In this document: piece by piece, positions 46,329-56,778 of the stretch
How positions within the stretch are numbered: the stretch's first letter is position 1
Layout: each line of letters begins with the position of its first letter
Assembly (NCBI GenBank): GCA_947627245.1
Contig: CANQVH010000010.1
Coordinates: 7,672-71,671, forward strand
Source of the DNA: an uncultured Lachnospiraceae bacterium
Lineage (GTDB): Bacteria; Bacillota; Clostridia; Lachnospirales; Lachnospiraceae
Direction of reading: 5' to 3'
Length of the DNA: 64,000 bases
Program-made: the position numbers and the translations under genes
Notes under the pieces: generated by a model
The model's input: the letters and a program-made list of their open reading frames with translations, nothing else
Database searches by the model: none
Told to the model about the DNA's origin: nothing

Positions 46329-47561
46329 ATGAAAATCATTATTGTTTGTGACTATGCTTGCATTTATGGCGGCGCTCCAAAAGTCGCAATCACCGAGGCG
46401 GCAGTGTTGGCCGAACAGGGATATGAGGTGACGTATTTTTCCGGTGTGGGGCCGGTGGACGAAAGACTGGAAAAGTCCGGAGCAAAGATTATATGTCTGA
46501 ATCAAAAAGCCCTGAAAAGCCAGTTGAATAATTTATGGAACAAAGCGCGTGGCGCTGTACAGGGACTCTGGAATCGTCAGGCGAAAGAGCGGTTTGTGTC
46601 TTTATTGAATTCGTGTCGTCCGGATGATACGATTGTTCATTTTCACGTATGGTCGTTCGCACTTTCTCCAGCGTTATTTTCCGTAACGGCGAAAAGACAT
46701 TATAAAGTAGCAATCACCTGTCACGACTACATATTGAATTGTCCGGTCTTGACATATTTCAATCATAAGAAAAATCGTATGTGTAGATGCAAGGCTATGT
46801 CAGTTAGTTGCATTATGACGGACTGTGACAGAAGAGGTTATACGCAGAAGATCTATCGGGTGATCCGTAATACTTTGTTGCTCCGACTGCTAAAAAGGAA
46901 TGATCTTGCCCTTCTATATCCGGCCAGACTGGTGAAAGAGGACATGGACAAAAATCTGCGTCTCAGCCGCAAAGACTTCATTCTTGACAATCCGGTTGAA
47001 ATCCGGCAGATGCCGAAATTAGAGCCTCAGAAAAATAACAGATATCTCTACGTTGGACGTGTCGACAGGGAAAAAGGATTGGACTTGTTTTGCAGCGCGG
47101 TGACAAAGGCAAATGTTCCCGCTGACATCATCGGGGACGGCGAGGAAAAGGAGCGGCTGATGAAGCTCTATCCGAACATAGCATTTCACGGCTGGCTCTC
47201 TTCGGCGGATATGGAGCCGATCATCAGGAGGGCTCGTTGTCTGATCGTTAGCTCGTTGTGGGCGGAAATAGGGCCTCTCGTGGTACCGGAGGTTCAATGT
47301 ACTTACGGTTTGCCCTGCATCGTTCCGTCACTGTGTAATTGGGCGGATGGTATTCGGGAAGCAAAGACCGGTTTGATATATGAAATCGGAGACGAGACGT
47401 CCCTGCTGCAGTGCATTCAGTCGTGCAAAAGTGACGAGCAGATTGAGGAGCTTGCCGCAAACTGCAGAGAGATCGATGTAAATAAATATAGTGAAAAAAC
47501 GCATGTTGATCATCTGATAAGGATTTATGAGAACATCCTGTCTGGACAACGTGCCGTTTGA
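46329..47561 (+). CDS. Glycosyltransferase family 4
   Basis: GGA, TCHDY...CP, YVGRVDREKG, S.W.E.GPLV..E. Confidence 0.88.
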   Translation: MKIIIVCDYACIYGGAPKVAITEAAVLAEQGYEVTYFSGVGPVDERLEKSGAKIICLNQKALKSQLNNLWNKARGAVQGLWNRQAKERFVSLLNSCRPDDTIVHFHVWSFALSPALFSVTAKRHYKVAITCHDYILNCPVLTYFNHKKNRMCRCKAMSVSCIMTDCDRRGYTQKIYRVIRNTLLLRLLKRNDLALLYPARLVKEDMDKNLRLSRKDFILDNPVEIRQMPKLEPQKNNRYLYVGRVDREKGLDLFCSAVTKANVPADIIGDGEEKERLMKLYPNIAFHGWLSSADMEPIIRRARCLIVSSLWAEIGPLVVPEVQCTYGLPCIVPSLCNWADGIREAKTGLIYEIGDETSLLQCIQSCKSDEQIEELAANCREIDVNKYSEKTHVDHLIRIYENILSGQRAV

Positions 47562-47589
47562 TGCCATAACGGAAAAGAGGAATAACAAC

Positions 47590-48648
47590 ATGATCATCAC
47601 CTGTGCCAGCTATTACGCGACCGGCTCCAGCGCTGTGACGGATTTGTTCAGCGAGTTTGCAAACTGTTCCAGCGCGGGTGAATATGAGTATCGTTTTATT
47701 CATGATCCGGACGGGCTTCGGGATCTGGAATACAACCTGATCGAGAACAACAACCGCCACAACACGAGCGCCGCGATCAAGCGCTTTCTGAAATACACAA
47801 AATATATCAGCGGAAATCCGGTTCGAAAGGGGTATTCCGGCAGGATGGGGCAGGGGTGTTTTTACCGCCTTTCAAGGGAATTCGTGGACCAGATTACCGA
47901 ACTGCAGGCGCACGGCTGGTGGCACTACGACCAGATGCAAAAAGGCCCGCTTTTAAAGTATACCGACAAGCTGATTTCGATCGGTCTGACCGCATTGCAG
48001 GGAAAGCATGCCAGAACGACAAAACGCTACTCCATTTTGGATATCACCAATGTGCAGTCCTATTTTTCTGCGATTGATCGTGACACTTTCTATCGTCTCG
48101 CGCGGGACTATGTTGCCAAAGTAGTAGATGCTCTCAATCGTGATCACGCAGAATATGTCATGATCGATCAGTTGCTACCGCCGTCTAACGTGGATCAATA
48201 TCTAAACTATTTTGACGATAACATCCGGGTCGTGGTGGTAGAGCGTGATCCGCGAGACGTGTATCTTTATACGAAGATATATGCCCGAGAAAAGATCATC
48301 CCTTATGACGATGTGAAGGATTTTTGTCAATGGTATGAGATCACGCGCCGCCATCGCAGGACGGAAGTGTATAACTCCCGAAAGGTCTGTTTCCTGCACT
48401 TTGAGGATTTGATTTACCGCTATGAGGAAACCCGCGACCGCCTTGCTGCTTTCGTGGGAATGGATCTGAAAGATCATATTCATCCGCTGACCGCGTTTGA
48501 TCCGGCTGTGTCGATTCAGAATACGAATATGAAGGCCAAATTCCCGCAATACCGGAATGACGTGATTTATATTGAAAAGACCCTTGCGGAATATCTCTAT
48601 CCATTTCCGGAAGAGGTCAACGTGTTGATGGGAGAGAAGGCATTATGA
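47590..48648 (+). CDS. Sulfotransferase-like P-loop protein
   Basis: YATGSSAV N-terminal loop, VVERDPRD, LHFEDL. Confidence 0.65.
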   Translation: MIITCASYYATGSSAVTDLFSEFANCSSAGEYEYRFIHDPDGLRDLEYNLIENNNRHNTSAAIKRFLKYTKYISGNPVRKGYSGRMGQGCFYRLSREFVDQITELQAHGWWHYDQMQKGPLLKYTDKLISIGLTALQGKHARTTKRYSILDITNVQSYFSAIDRDTFYRLARDYVAKVVDALNRDHAEYVMIDQLLPPSNVDQYLNYFDDNIRVVVVERDPRDVYLYTKIYAREKIIPYDDVKDFCQWYEITRRHRRTEVYNSRKVCFLHFEDLIYRYEETRDRLAAFVGMDLKDHIHPLTAFDPAVSIQNTNMKAKFPQYRNDVIYIEKTLAEYLYPFPEEVNVLMGEKAL

Positions 48649-48736
48649 GATAGCCCTTCGTGATATCGCTACGGTTCCGTCCGTGATGTACAATGCGTGA
48701 AAGAATCAGGGCTATTGCGAGCAAGGAGAGAAAACT

Positions 48737-49171
48737 ATGGTGATTGGCTATACCACAGGCGTTTATGACCTGTTTCATATAGGACATCTGAATCTGCTTA
48801 AGAACGCAAAGGGTATGTGCGATAAGCTTATTGTCGGCGTGACGGTGGACGAGCTGGTGTCTTATAAGGGAAAGCGGGCGATGATCCCCTTTGAAGATCG
48901 AATCGAGATCGTCCGAAGCTGCAAATATGTGGACGCCGCCGTGCCTCAGTGTGATATGGACAAGCTGTCAGCCTGCAAAAAGCTGGGCGCGTCGGTTCTT
49001 TTCGTGGGCGACGATTGGTATGGGACGGAGAAGTGGAAGGAGTACGAGGCGGCCTTTACAAAAGAGGGGATCCGTATTGTCTACTTCCCATATACCAAGG
49101 GCATATCGTCTACGCAGATTCAGAAAGCATTGGACGCGGTGAGAATACATAATCTGGAGGACGTAAAATGA
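48737..49171 (+). CDS. Cytidylyltransferase (TagD/glycerol-3-phosphate CT-like)
   Basis: GVYDLFHIGHLN, FVGDDW, PYTKGISST. Confidence 0.9.
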   Translation: MVIGYTTGVYDLFHIGHLNLLKNAKGMCDKLIVGVTVDELVSYKGKRAMIPFEDRIEIVRSCKYVDAAVPQCDMDKLSACKKLGASVLFVGDDWYGTEKWKEYEAAFTKEGIRIVYFPYTKGISSTQIQKALDAVRIHNLEDVK

Positions 49172-50218
49172 GGGTTGATAAAAATTATTGCATGAGCTCT
49201 TACATGGCATTTCGCTATATTGAGGATGCAGACAAGGACTTTTATGAGAACATGCATCACAGCAATATCCGGCCGGAATCAGAACCTGTCTTTGTTCGCA
49301 CAGCGCAGGACATCGACCGGGCGATCAGCATGCAGATGACAGAAATCCACCGGGGGGGGGGAAAAACTCGGTATTTTCCTGTCAGGAGGGATGGACTCAG
49401 CCATTTTGGCATCTTATATGGGCGGGTGCGACGCCTATACCTTCCGTTTCCTAGGGGGTAGCTTTCAGAAAGAAGAACTGGTGAGGGCCGAGTATTATGC
49501 TGATTATTATGGCTTGCGTCTCCATTATGTAGATATCGATTGGAACACCGTCGAGAAATACCTTGATCCGGTGATGCGTCGTAAGTGTGCGCCGGTACAC
49601 TCCATCGAGCCCCAGCTTATGCAGGGCGCCCTGCAGGCCAAGACAGACGGCGTGGAGACAATGATCATCGGCGAGAGCAGTGACCTTATCTTTGGCGGTA
49701 TGGATCAGCTTCTGAGTCGGGACTGGATAGTTGACGGCTTTATGGAGCGGTATATCTTTACAAAACCGGCGGATGTTCTGCGCGAGCCTGTGGATATGAG
49801 CTATCTGTTCGAGCGTTACCGCCAAGGGGAGAAGATCGACTTTCTGCGATTCATGGACGATGTATTTTCCGTGGAGAGCTCGAATTCATATATCAATGCA
49901 TTTGCCACGGCAGAGATGCCTTATTTTGACCCCTATGCCCAATTGAGGATGGCCGAGCCCCTTGACCTTGGACGCGTACGCAGCGGCGAGTCCAAATACT
50001 TGATCCGCGAGCTTTTTTCAACCAAATACCCGGATGTATCAGTTCCGAACAAGCTGCCGATGCCCCGGCCGGTGGACGCATACTTCGCCCACTGGGAGGG
50101 ACCAAAGCGGCATGAATTCAAGCCAGACCTTGATATGACAAGGTTCACCGGCAACCAGAAATGGCAGCTTTATTGTTTGGAGAGGTTCCTGAACATGTAC
50201 GAGCCGGAAGCAAAGTGA
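49168..50218 (+). pseudogene. Asparagine-synthase-like (PP-loop) protein frameshifted at a G10 tract; candidate phase-OFF allele
   Basis: Removing one G from 49352-49361 joins ORFs 49168 and 49391 through ...EKLGIFLSGGMDSAIL; colinear with the paralog at 50276. Confidence 0.85.
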
Positions 50219-50275
50219 TATGCCCGGTGCCTTTTGGTCAGAGAGAGCGGATAATAAACTGACCGGAGGTGTGTC

Positions 50276-51319
50276 ATGGCGACAGATAGAAAGTACTGCA
50301 TGAGTTCATATCTGATGTTCAGATATGTCTTTAATCGGAACAAGGCTTTTTCGCATGGAAAGCCATGCAATTTAGTAGATATATCTTTTCCGCGAACACC
50401 GGTGAAAACGGCGAAGGAGCTTTTGTCGGCGCTGACCACAAGCGTTGAAGATGCCTGCAGAGACGGCACCGCGGCGCTGGCACTGAGCGGCGGGATAGAT
50501 TCCGCCATTTTGGCGCGGCTTTGCCCGAAAGGAACGAAAGCGTATACCTTTCGTTGCATTGTTCCCGGTGTGGAGGTGACAGATGAGTCGGTGCAGGCAC
50601 GACACTGGGCTGAGCTTTGCGACTTGGACCATGAGGTCATAGATATTGCTTGGAAGGATATCGAGCAGACCAGCAATGTTCTTATGATCCGTAAGGGCGC
50701 GCCGATCCACTCGATCGAGGCACAGATATATTTTGCGTCTAAAAAAGCAAAGGCAGATGGGGCGGAGAAGTTCATTTTCGGGGAAAACGCCGATATCATC
50801 TATGGTGGGATGAACGGACTGCTGGCGAAGGACTGGTTGTTTTCCGAGTTCGTTGACCGCTATACATATGTGATGCCCTACCGGGTTTTGCGTGACCCGG
50901 AGATGATTTTGGAGCCATTCCGGGAATTTGAAAAGGACGGACGCATCGATGGGCACAATTTTATCAACAAGTACTTCCGTCAGGAGGCTTTGGGCACTTA
51001 TACAAACGCCTGTGAGACGGCGGGGATAGAGTTCGTCGGACCTTATTCCAGAACGTGCCTTGATGGATCGATAGATTATGACCGCATTAGGGGCGGCGAC
51101 ACCAAGTACATGGTGCGGGAGGTGTTTCGGAAGTTATATCCGAACGAGCAAATGCCTGCAAAGATACCCATGCCCCGGCCGATGAACGAGTGGATGAAGG
51201 ATTGGACAGGTCCGACGAGGCCGGAATTTTGGCCCCATTGCACGGACGGAATGACTGGAGATCAGAAATGGATGGTCTGGGCTCTGGAGAGGTATTTGAA
51301 TATGCTGGATGGTAGATAA
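50276..51319 (+). CDS. Asparagine-synthase-like (PP-loop) protein lacking a glutaminase domain
   Basis: ALSGGIDSAIL, GENADIIYGG, KYMVREVF, K.PMPRP. Confidence 0.75.
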   Translation: MATDRKYCMSSYLMFRYVFNRNKAFSHGKPCNLVDISFPRTPVKTAKELLSALTTSVEDACRDGTAALALSGGIDSAILARLCPKGTKAYTFRCIVPGVEVTDESVQARHWAELCDLDHEVIDIAWKDIEQTSNVLMIRKGAPIHSIEAQIYFASKKAKADGAEKFIFGENADIIYGGMNGLLAKDWLFSEFVDRYTYVMPYRVLRDPEMILEPFREFEKDGRIDGHNFINKYFRQEALGTYTNACETAGIEFVGPYSRTCLDGSIDYDRIRGGDTKYMVREVFRKLYPNEQMPAKIPMPRPMNEWMKDWTGPTRPEFWPHCTDGMTGDQKWMVWALERYLNMLDGR

Positions 51320-51320
51320 A

Positions 51321-52538
51321 ATGACGGAGATAAAATACAAAGTGGGAATTGAACATGCGGATAATTATCGGCTGGAGACAGTGAAGACCGCGCTGATAAA
51401 GTGTTTTTCTGATATAGGATTTCCAAAGGAAAACTTTTTAGGAGGGATAGTTCATCCGGGCGACAGAGTTTTTATCAAGCCCAACTGGGTAGCTTCCCGC
51501 TGGCGGGAATCCTGTCCGCACAAGGACACGCTTTATTCGGTGATTACCCACCCTAACGTGGTTGAGGCGGTGGTAGATTATGTGGCAGAGGCATTGCGGG
51601 GGCAGGGGGAGATCATCATCGGGGACAATCCCTCCATAGACGCAGACTTTCGTGAGTTGATGGAGTTCACGCAGATCGAGCGCCTGAAGGACAAATATGA
51701 CTGCAAGGTATCTATTCTGGATCTGCGGCCGCTAGTGTGCGACGATTTGGCCAATTACGGAAAACGAAACAAAATGGTGCCGCAGGCCGGCGACCCGGCG
51801 GGCATAGTTGAGGTGAATCTGGGAAAAGAGTCCATGTTCTATGGCGTGGATCCGACTCGGTTTCGGGGTGTATTTGATGAGCGGGATGAAACGGTGGCGT
51901 CACATACGGGGGATACACAACTGTATACCTTTGCCCGCAGTCTCTATGATGCGGATGTATATATTTCCATTCCCAAAATGAAAACTCATCAGAAGGTGGG
52001 CGCCACTCTGAATCTGAAAGGGCTGGTAGGGGCGATTTCTAACAAAAATCAGCTCGTCCACTGGCAGGTGGGGTATCCGGAGATACGTGGCGACGAGTAT
52101 CCATCCAAGGCCGCGTGGGAGGCGGCGCAGGCTGCAAAGGTAACCCACCGTGGCGCGTGGCCCGGGAACGACACCATTTGGCGGATGGTAGTTGATTTGT
52201 ATAATGCGCTGCGTAAGCGGGAGCGGCGGTATTTGTCTGTAGTGGATGGCATTGTGGCTGGCGAGGGGCAAGGGCCGTTTTGCCCGACAAGCAAAAACGC
52301 TAATACGATTATAGTTGGTGAGAATCTATTGTCGACGGATATTGCGACGGCAAGATATATGGGGTTTAATCCGGCTAGTATCAGGTATATGAGTCATTTT
52401 CTGAATTCTGAGATCAGCCTTGGAAATATTTCTGTAATGATTAACGGTCGCTCGAAAAAGGATTTTTTCAGTTGTAACAATCATTATAAGGATTTTCTTG
52501 TTATGCCGCAGTGGGAAATACTTAAAAAAGTTTATTAG
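51321..52538 (+). CDS. DUF362 family protein
   Basis: GDRVFIKPN.V, THP.VV, IPKMKTH.K.G.TLNLK, VDGI.AGEG.GP. Confidence 0.8.
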   Translation: MTEIKYKVGIEHADNYRLETVKTALIKCFSDIGFPKENFLGGIVHPGDRVFIKPNWVASRWRESCPHKDTLYSVITHPNVVEAVVDYVAEALRGQGEIIIGDNPSIDADFRELMEFTQIERLKDKYDCKVSILDLRPLVCDDLANYGKRNKMVPQAGDPAGIVEVNLGKESMFYGVDPTRFRGVFDERDETVASHTGDTQLYTFARSLYDADVYISIPKMKTHQKVGATLNLKGLVGAISNKNQLVHWQVGYPEIRGDEYPSKAAWEAAQAAKVTHRGAWPGNDTIWRMVVDLYNALRKRERRYLSVVDGIVAGEGQGPFCPTSKNANTIIVGENLLSTDIATARYMGFNPASIRYMSHFLNSEISLGNISVMINGRSKKDFFSCNNHYKDFLVMPQWEILKKVY

Positions 52539-52612
52539 TAAAGAAACTTTAAAATGTACAATACCGCATCGGATAGGCAAAATCCTAGCGAGCAGAAGGA
52601 GAAATCAGCAAA

Positions 52613-53803
52613 ATGTATCGTCCAGCAAATAAGGCACTTAAAGAAATTGCCGAGAAGGTCATAGACCCGGCTATCCGTTTTTTTAATTTCCCGCTGGCGT
52701 ATCTCGCGGGAAGGTCAGAAAGTATGGAGAAAGCGATCCTTCGTCCTGTGATCAAAAGCTATACCAATCAGTCAAAGGACTGGATCATTCAGTACACCAA
52801 GCTGCCAAAGGATGTCGAAAAGATCCCCGTGGAATGGCCGGATGACGACGGGTTTGCGGGATATGCGATCATCTTGCAGGGGCCGGTGCGTACGGAGGAG
52901 AATTTCACTGTCGAAACAGTCAAATATTACAAACGATGCTATCCCGGCGCGACGATCATCGTCTCGACATGGATTGGGGCGGACACGGCGGCAAAGGCAG
53001 CGGCAAAAAAGCTGGGCGCTGTCTGGATCGAGAGCGAACCGCCGCAGGTGCGCGGAGCAGGGAATGTCAATATGCAGTTGGATTCCTCGCTGGCCGGCAT
53101 GAAAAGGGCGAAATCTCTGGGCTGCAGGTACGCGATGAAAACAAGGACAGATCAACGGATTTATGCCAATGATGTGCTACAGTACTTCCGCAACCTGCAG
53201 GAAATGTTTCCCTCGGGAGATCCCGGTATCATGCCGCAGCGTCTGGTCTATATCAGCAGAGGATCGGCATATCGGTATTTTCCGTTTTTCCTTGGCGATT
53301 TTGTTGTTTTCGGCGCGATGGATGAGATGATAAAGCTGTACAGCGTCAAAAGGGACGACCGGCCGAATGATTTTCATAAAGTGCGCATTGAGGAGGAAGG
53401 GCAGCTTAATTATGAAATCGGCGAAAAACTGGAAGTGAAGTGCGACAGTTCCCCATATGAACTGTATCCGGATTTTGAGGAACGATTTTATAATCTGATG
53501 TATTCTGAAATCCGGATCTCCTTGCAATTTTTTTCCGAGAATATCTGTCCGGTGCGCCGCGGCGACGATTTAATGGACGCGTATTATACCTACCTTAAAA
53601 AATATGCCATCATTGCAGATGTCGAGAAAGTGCTGCCCTATTTCCCGAAATACCCATGGTATGCCAGACGCGGCTTTAACGAGTTCAACGCCGTTGGGAA
53701 AATGGATTTCAAAAAGTGGATGGAGCTTTATTTGCATTATCAGCCGAAGAAAGACTGGGTCAGATCTGCCGATACTGTAGAAAATAGAAAAGAGTTCGTA
53801 TGA
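52613..53803 (+). CDS. WavE-like polysaccharide synthesis protein
   Basis: IILQGP, IIVSTW, NVNMQ..SS.AG, KTRTD. Confidence 0.75.
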   Translation: MYRPANKALKEIAEKVIDPAIRFFNFPLAYLAGRSESMEKAILRPVIKSYTNQSKDWIIQYTKLPKDVEKIPVEWPDDDGFAGYAIILQGPVRTEENFTVETVKYYKRCYPGATIIVSTWIGADTAAKAAAKKLGAVWIESEPPQVRGAGNVNMQLDSSLAGMKRAKSLGCRYAMKTRTDQRIYANDVLQYFRNLQEMFPSGDPGIMPQRLVYISRGSAYRYFPFFLGDFVVFGAMDEMIKLYSVKRDDRPNDFHKVRIEEEGQLNYEIGEKLEVKCDSSPYELYPDFEERFYNLMYSEIRISLQFFSENICPVRRGDDLMDAYYTYLKKYAIIADVEKVLPYFPKYPWYARRGFNEFNAVGKMDFKKWMELYLHYQPKKDWVRSADTVENRKEFV

Positions 53804-54534
53804 AATGTCATCTTATTATGCCAATGGGCGGGGCAGGTTCCCGCTTCTATAAAAATGGATATGTATTGCCCAAACCTATCATTGAGATTCACGAAAGACC
53901 GTTTTTTTATTGGGCAGCAATGTCGATATTGAAGTATATTCCTACCGCAGATGTAACATTTGTCGTGTTGAGACAGCATGTGGATGAATTTCAAATCGAC
54001 AAAGTAATTCGCACCTATTTTCCGAATGCGCGGATCAAAGTATTGTCAGAAATCCTTCCCGGGCCGGTTTATACGGCACTGGAGGGGGTTCGCGATTTAC
54101 AGGATGACGTGCCGGTGATCATCAATGATTGTGACCATATGTTTTGCTGTCATGGGCTTAATGAACTGATGAATGGTGCCCCGTTTTCTTATGATGGGGT
54201 GCTCCTGACTTTTAAATCAAATCTGCCTCAATACAGTTATGTTCGTTATGACGAAGCGGGCAAGATCATCGGTACGGCGGAGAAGCAAGTAGTGAGCAGT
54301 CACGCGATCTGCGGGGCGTACACTTTCCGTAATACCGCGCTTTTTCGGGAAGCAGCTTTTGAGTATATTCAACAAAGCTCTGACGGGGAGAAATATATGA
54401 GTGGTGTGTACTCCGTACTGTGCGAGCGGGGCATGAAACTGACGGATTATTTACTGGATTTTCATGTGGAATTCGGGACTCCAGCGGAATATGAGATCGC
54501 AAAGAATTCTCATTATTTTCGAATCTTTGAGTAA
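53800..54534 (+). CDS. Sugar nucleotidyltransferase-like protein
   Basis: IMPMGGAGSRF...GY..PKP.I, NDCD, EK.VVS..AICG.Y.F, FGTP.E. Confidence 0.8.
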   Translation: MKCHLIMPMGGAGSRFYKNGYVLPKPIIEIHERPFFYWAAMSILKYIPTADVTFVVLRQHVDEFQIDKVIRTYFPNARIKVLSEILPGPVYTALEGVRDLQDDVPVIINDCDHMFCCHGLNELMNGAPFSYDGVLLTFKSNLPQYSYVRYDEAGKIIGTAEKQVVSSHAICGAYTFRNTALFREAAFEYIQQSSDGEKYMSGVYSVLCERGMKLTDYLLDFHVEFGTPAEYEIAKNSHYFRIFE

Positions 54535-54550
54535 GAAATAAAAGAGGTTG

Positions 54551-55435
54551 ATGATGCGAACGAAAGCTTTAAACGGTCATTCCGGCTGCAAGGTGCTTTT
54601 GTGTGAAAATGACGCACGGGTATTTGTACGAAAAATATCCAGTAGCAGGGATTACAACACGCGCTTGCAAACTCAGGTCAATAAGCAAGCGCATTTTGAA
54701 AGCAGATTTGTTAATGCACCAAGGATTATAAATAGCGGAATTACAGATGACGGTCTTTATTATTTTGATATGGAATACATACGTGGCGTTACACTTGCGG
54801 AGTATATGCACCGGATCGAGATTGGCAAGATTCGCGGCATTGTTTCAGAACTTATGAGCCATATTTCGGAGGTCAATAGAAAAAGCGGCCCTGACAGGAC
54901 AGATATGTTTTTGAGTAAAATTAACGCCTTGCGACAATCCCTTTCATTATGGATGACTGTCATTCCGGGTGCAGATATGCAAGTGATCAACCGTACTTTA
55001 GCAGTCCTTGAGGCACATTCATGGAAAAACTTTACACAATCATCTTGTCATGGTGATTTGACCCTTGAAAACATCATTGTACGCGACGGCGAGCTTTATT
55101 TCATTGATTTTTTGGATTCATTCTATGATTGTTGGCTTCTGGATATCAGCACGCTTTTACAGGATGTTTATACTATGTGGGCCTATCGCGATTGGAATGC
55201 AATAGACATAAACACGCAAATCCGGCTAGCTGTATTTAGGGACATTCTTGTGGATGAGATTTGCGGTATAGATGGCGGAATGTGGATTATAGAAGCGTTT
55301 TACGCATTATTACTTAAATTGTTACGCATTTACCCATACACAAGGGATGAAAAGACAATCCGGTTCCTGAACGCAAAGCTGACAGAGGTTTTATTACTTC
55401 TGGAGAAAGGAGATTTCATGCCGTGCGAACGCTGA
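54551..55435 (+). CDS. APH/choline-kinase-like phosphotransferase
   Basis: GHSGC, MEYIRG, CHGDLTLENI, IDFLDSF. Confidence 0.8.
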   Translation: MMRTKALNGHSGCKVLLCENDARVFVRKISSSRDYNTRLQTQVNKQAHFESRFVNAPRIINSGITDDGLYYFDMEYIRGVTLAEYMHRIEIGKIRGIVSELMSHISEVNRKSGPDRTDMFLSKINALRQSLSLWMTVIPGADMQVINRTLAVLEAHSWKNFTQSSCHGDLTLENIIVRDGELYFIDFLDSFYDCWLLDISTLLQDVYTMWAYRDWNAIDINTQIRLAVFRDILVDEICGIDGGMWIIEAFYALLLKLLRIYPYTRDEKTIRFLNAKLTEVLLLLEKGDFMPCER

Positions 55436-56691
55436 TTGTTTTATGCGCAGGTAAACACATGCGGGAAAATCTCCCGCTCTATCTGAACCGACACCCGGAC
55501 AATGTACTTCTGGCACGCAAGTTGTTGGAAGACATATATCCTGAGAGCTATGATCGTATCATTTATACGGTTCTGAGAGAGGACTGCGAGAAGTATAATG
55601 CCCACAAAAAATTACAAGCCGCGCTGGAAGGCACATTTCCCATTGAGATTTTTACATTGGGAGCACCTACTTCGGAACCTGCGGAGAGCGCATATCGCAC
55701 CATAAAGGCTATGAATATTTCCGGTGAAATTGTTATCCGGGACAGCACCAGCGCGTTTCGATTGGAGAAGAATGTTCGGGGAAATTTTGCAGCAGGACTG
55801 TATCTTTGCAAATACACCCGGGAAATTTACCGCGTGCGGACAAAGAGTTTTATCATCACCAATGAGCAAGAGCAAATTTCAGATATCGTGGAAAAGAGCT
55901 TTCGCTCCGACATCATATCAGTTGGTCTCTATGGACTTAGTGATGCGAAGGATTATGTTATGGCGTATGAGCATTTGAGCGACAAGCGCCACCCCATTGA
56001 GCATCTATATGTGAGTAACATCATTTCCTATCTGATTGGCTATCAACAGTTGATTTTCAACCATGTGGGTGTGGATCATTATGAAGACTGGCGAGATCCG
56101 GACGTATGGACTATATTACGGGAGAAATACGGACAGAGCAAACTTGTAATGGTTGATCTGGACGGTACACTGTTTGACACGCGGAAAGTGAATTATATGG
56201 CATACCGGGAGGTAGCGGAACGGCACGGATTTAAGCTTGATTATGAATATTACTGCAAGTATTGCAACGGAAAATATTATATGGATTTCCTTCCCCAGAT
56301 TACGACGCATAACGAGACAATTTTGCACCAGATGCATGAGGAAAAGGTGACGGCCTACAAAAAATATTTTGAGTATGCCGTTCCAAATAAGACCCTGATC
56401 GATATGCTGCGTTTGTTGGGCAGGGAATATCACAAGGCACTGGTGACAACGGCGTCAAGAGAGAATTCTTATGATATTCTAAACTGCTTCGGCTTGTCTG
56501 ACCTATTTGACCTGATCCTGACCCGCGAAGACACAGAACGCGTAAAACCGGCTCCGGAGGGCTTTTTAAAAGCAATGTCATATTTTTCCGCTGTACCGGA
56601 GAATTGTATCATTTTTGAGGATTCGAAAGAAGGCATCGAAGCTGCAAATCGCGCGGGGGTACAGTGTTATGTGGTGAAGGGTTATAGGTAG
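55423..56691 (+). CDS. Nucleotidyltransferase-like domain fused to a HAD phosphatase
   Basis: N-terminal VLCAGK...IVEK...SVGLY; C-terminal DLDGTLFDT, KPAPEGF, IFEDS..GIEAA. Confidence 0.75.
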   Translation: MRTLIVLCAGKHMRENLPLYLNRHPDNVLLARKLLEDIYPESYDRIIYTVLREDCEKYNAHKKLQAALEGTFPIEIFTLGAPTSEPAESAYRTIKAMNISGEIVIRDSTSAFRLEKNVRGNFAAGLYLCKYTREIYRVRTKSFIITNEQEQISDIVEKSFRSDIISVGLYGLSDAKDYVMAYEHLSDKRHPIEHLYVSNIISYLIGYQQLIFNHVGVDHYEDWRDPDVWTILREKYGQSKLVMVDLDGTLFDTRKVNYMAYREVAERHGFKLDYEYYCKYCNGKYYMDFLPQITTHNETILHQMHEEKVTAYKKYFEYAVPNKTLIDMLRLLGREYHKALVTTASRENSYDILNCFGLSDLFDLILTREDTERVKPAPEGFLKAMSYFSAVPENCIIFEDSKEGIEAANRAGVQCYVVKGYR

Positions 56692-56778
56692 GGGTGAATG
56701 AAATGAAGAAGGTATAGCAGTAAAAGTATTTCAGCATTGGTTTGCTATATTGCAAAGCCTGAAAGGAGGAGTTATTGA

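Noticed and set aside
48650-48715. Possible structured RNA in the EPS intergenic gap
   Set aside because: Only a short closing stem (TAGCCCT/AGGGCTA); no recognisable family.
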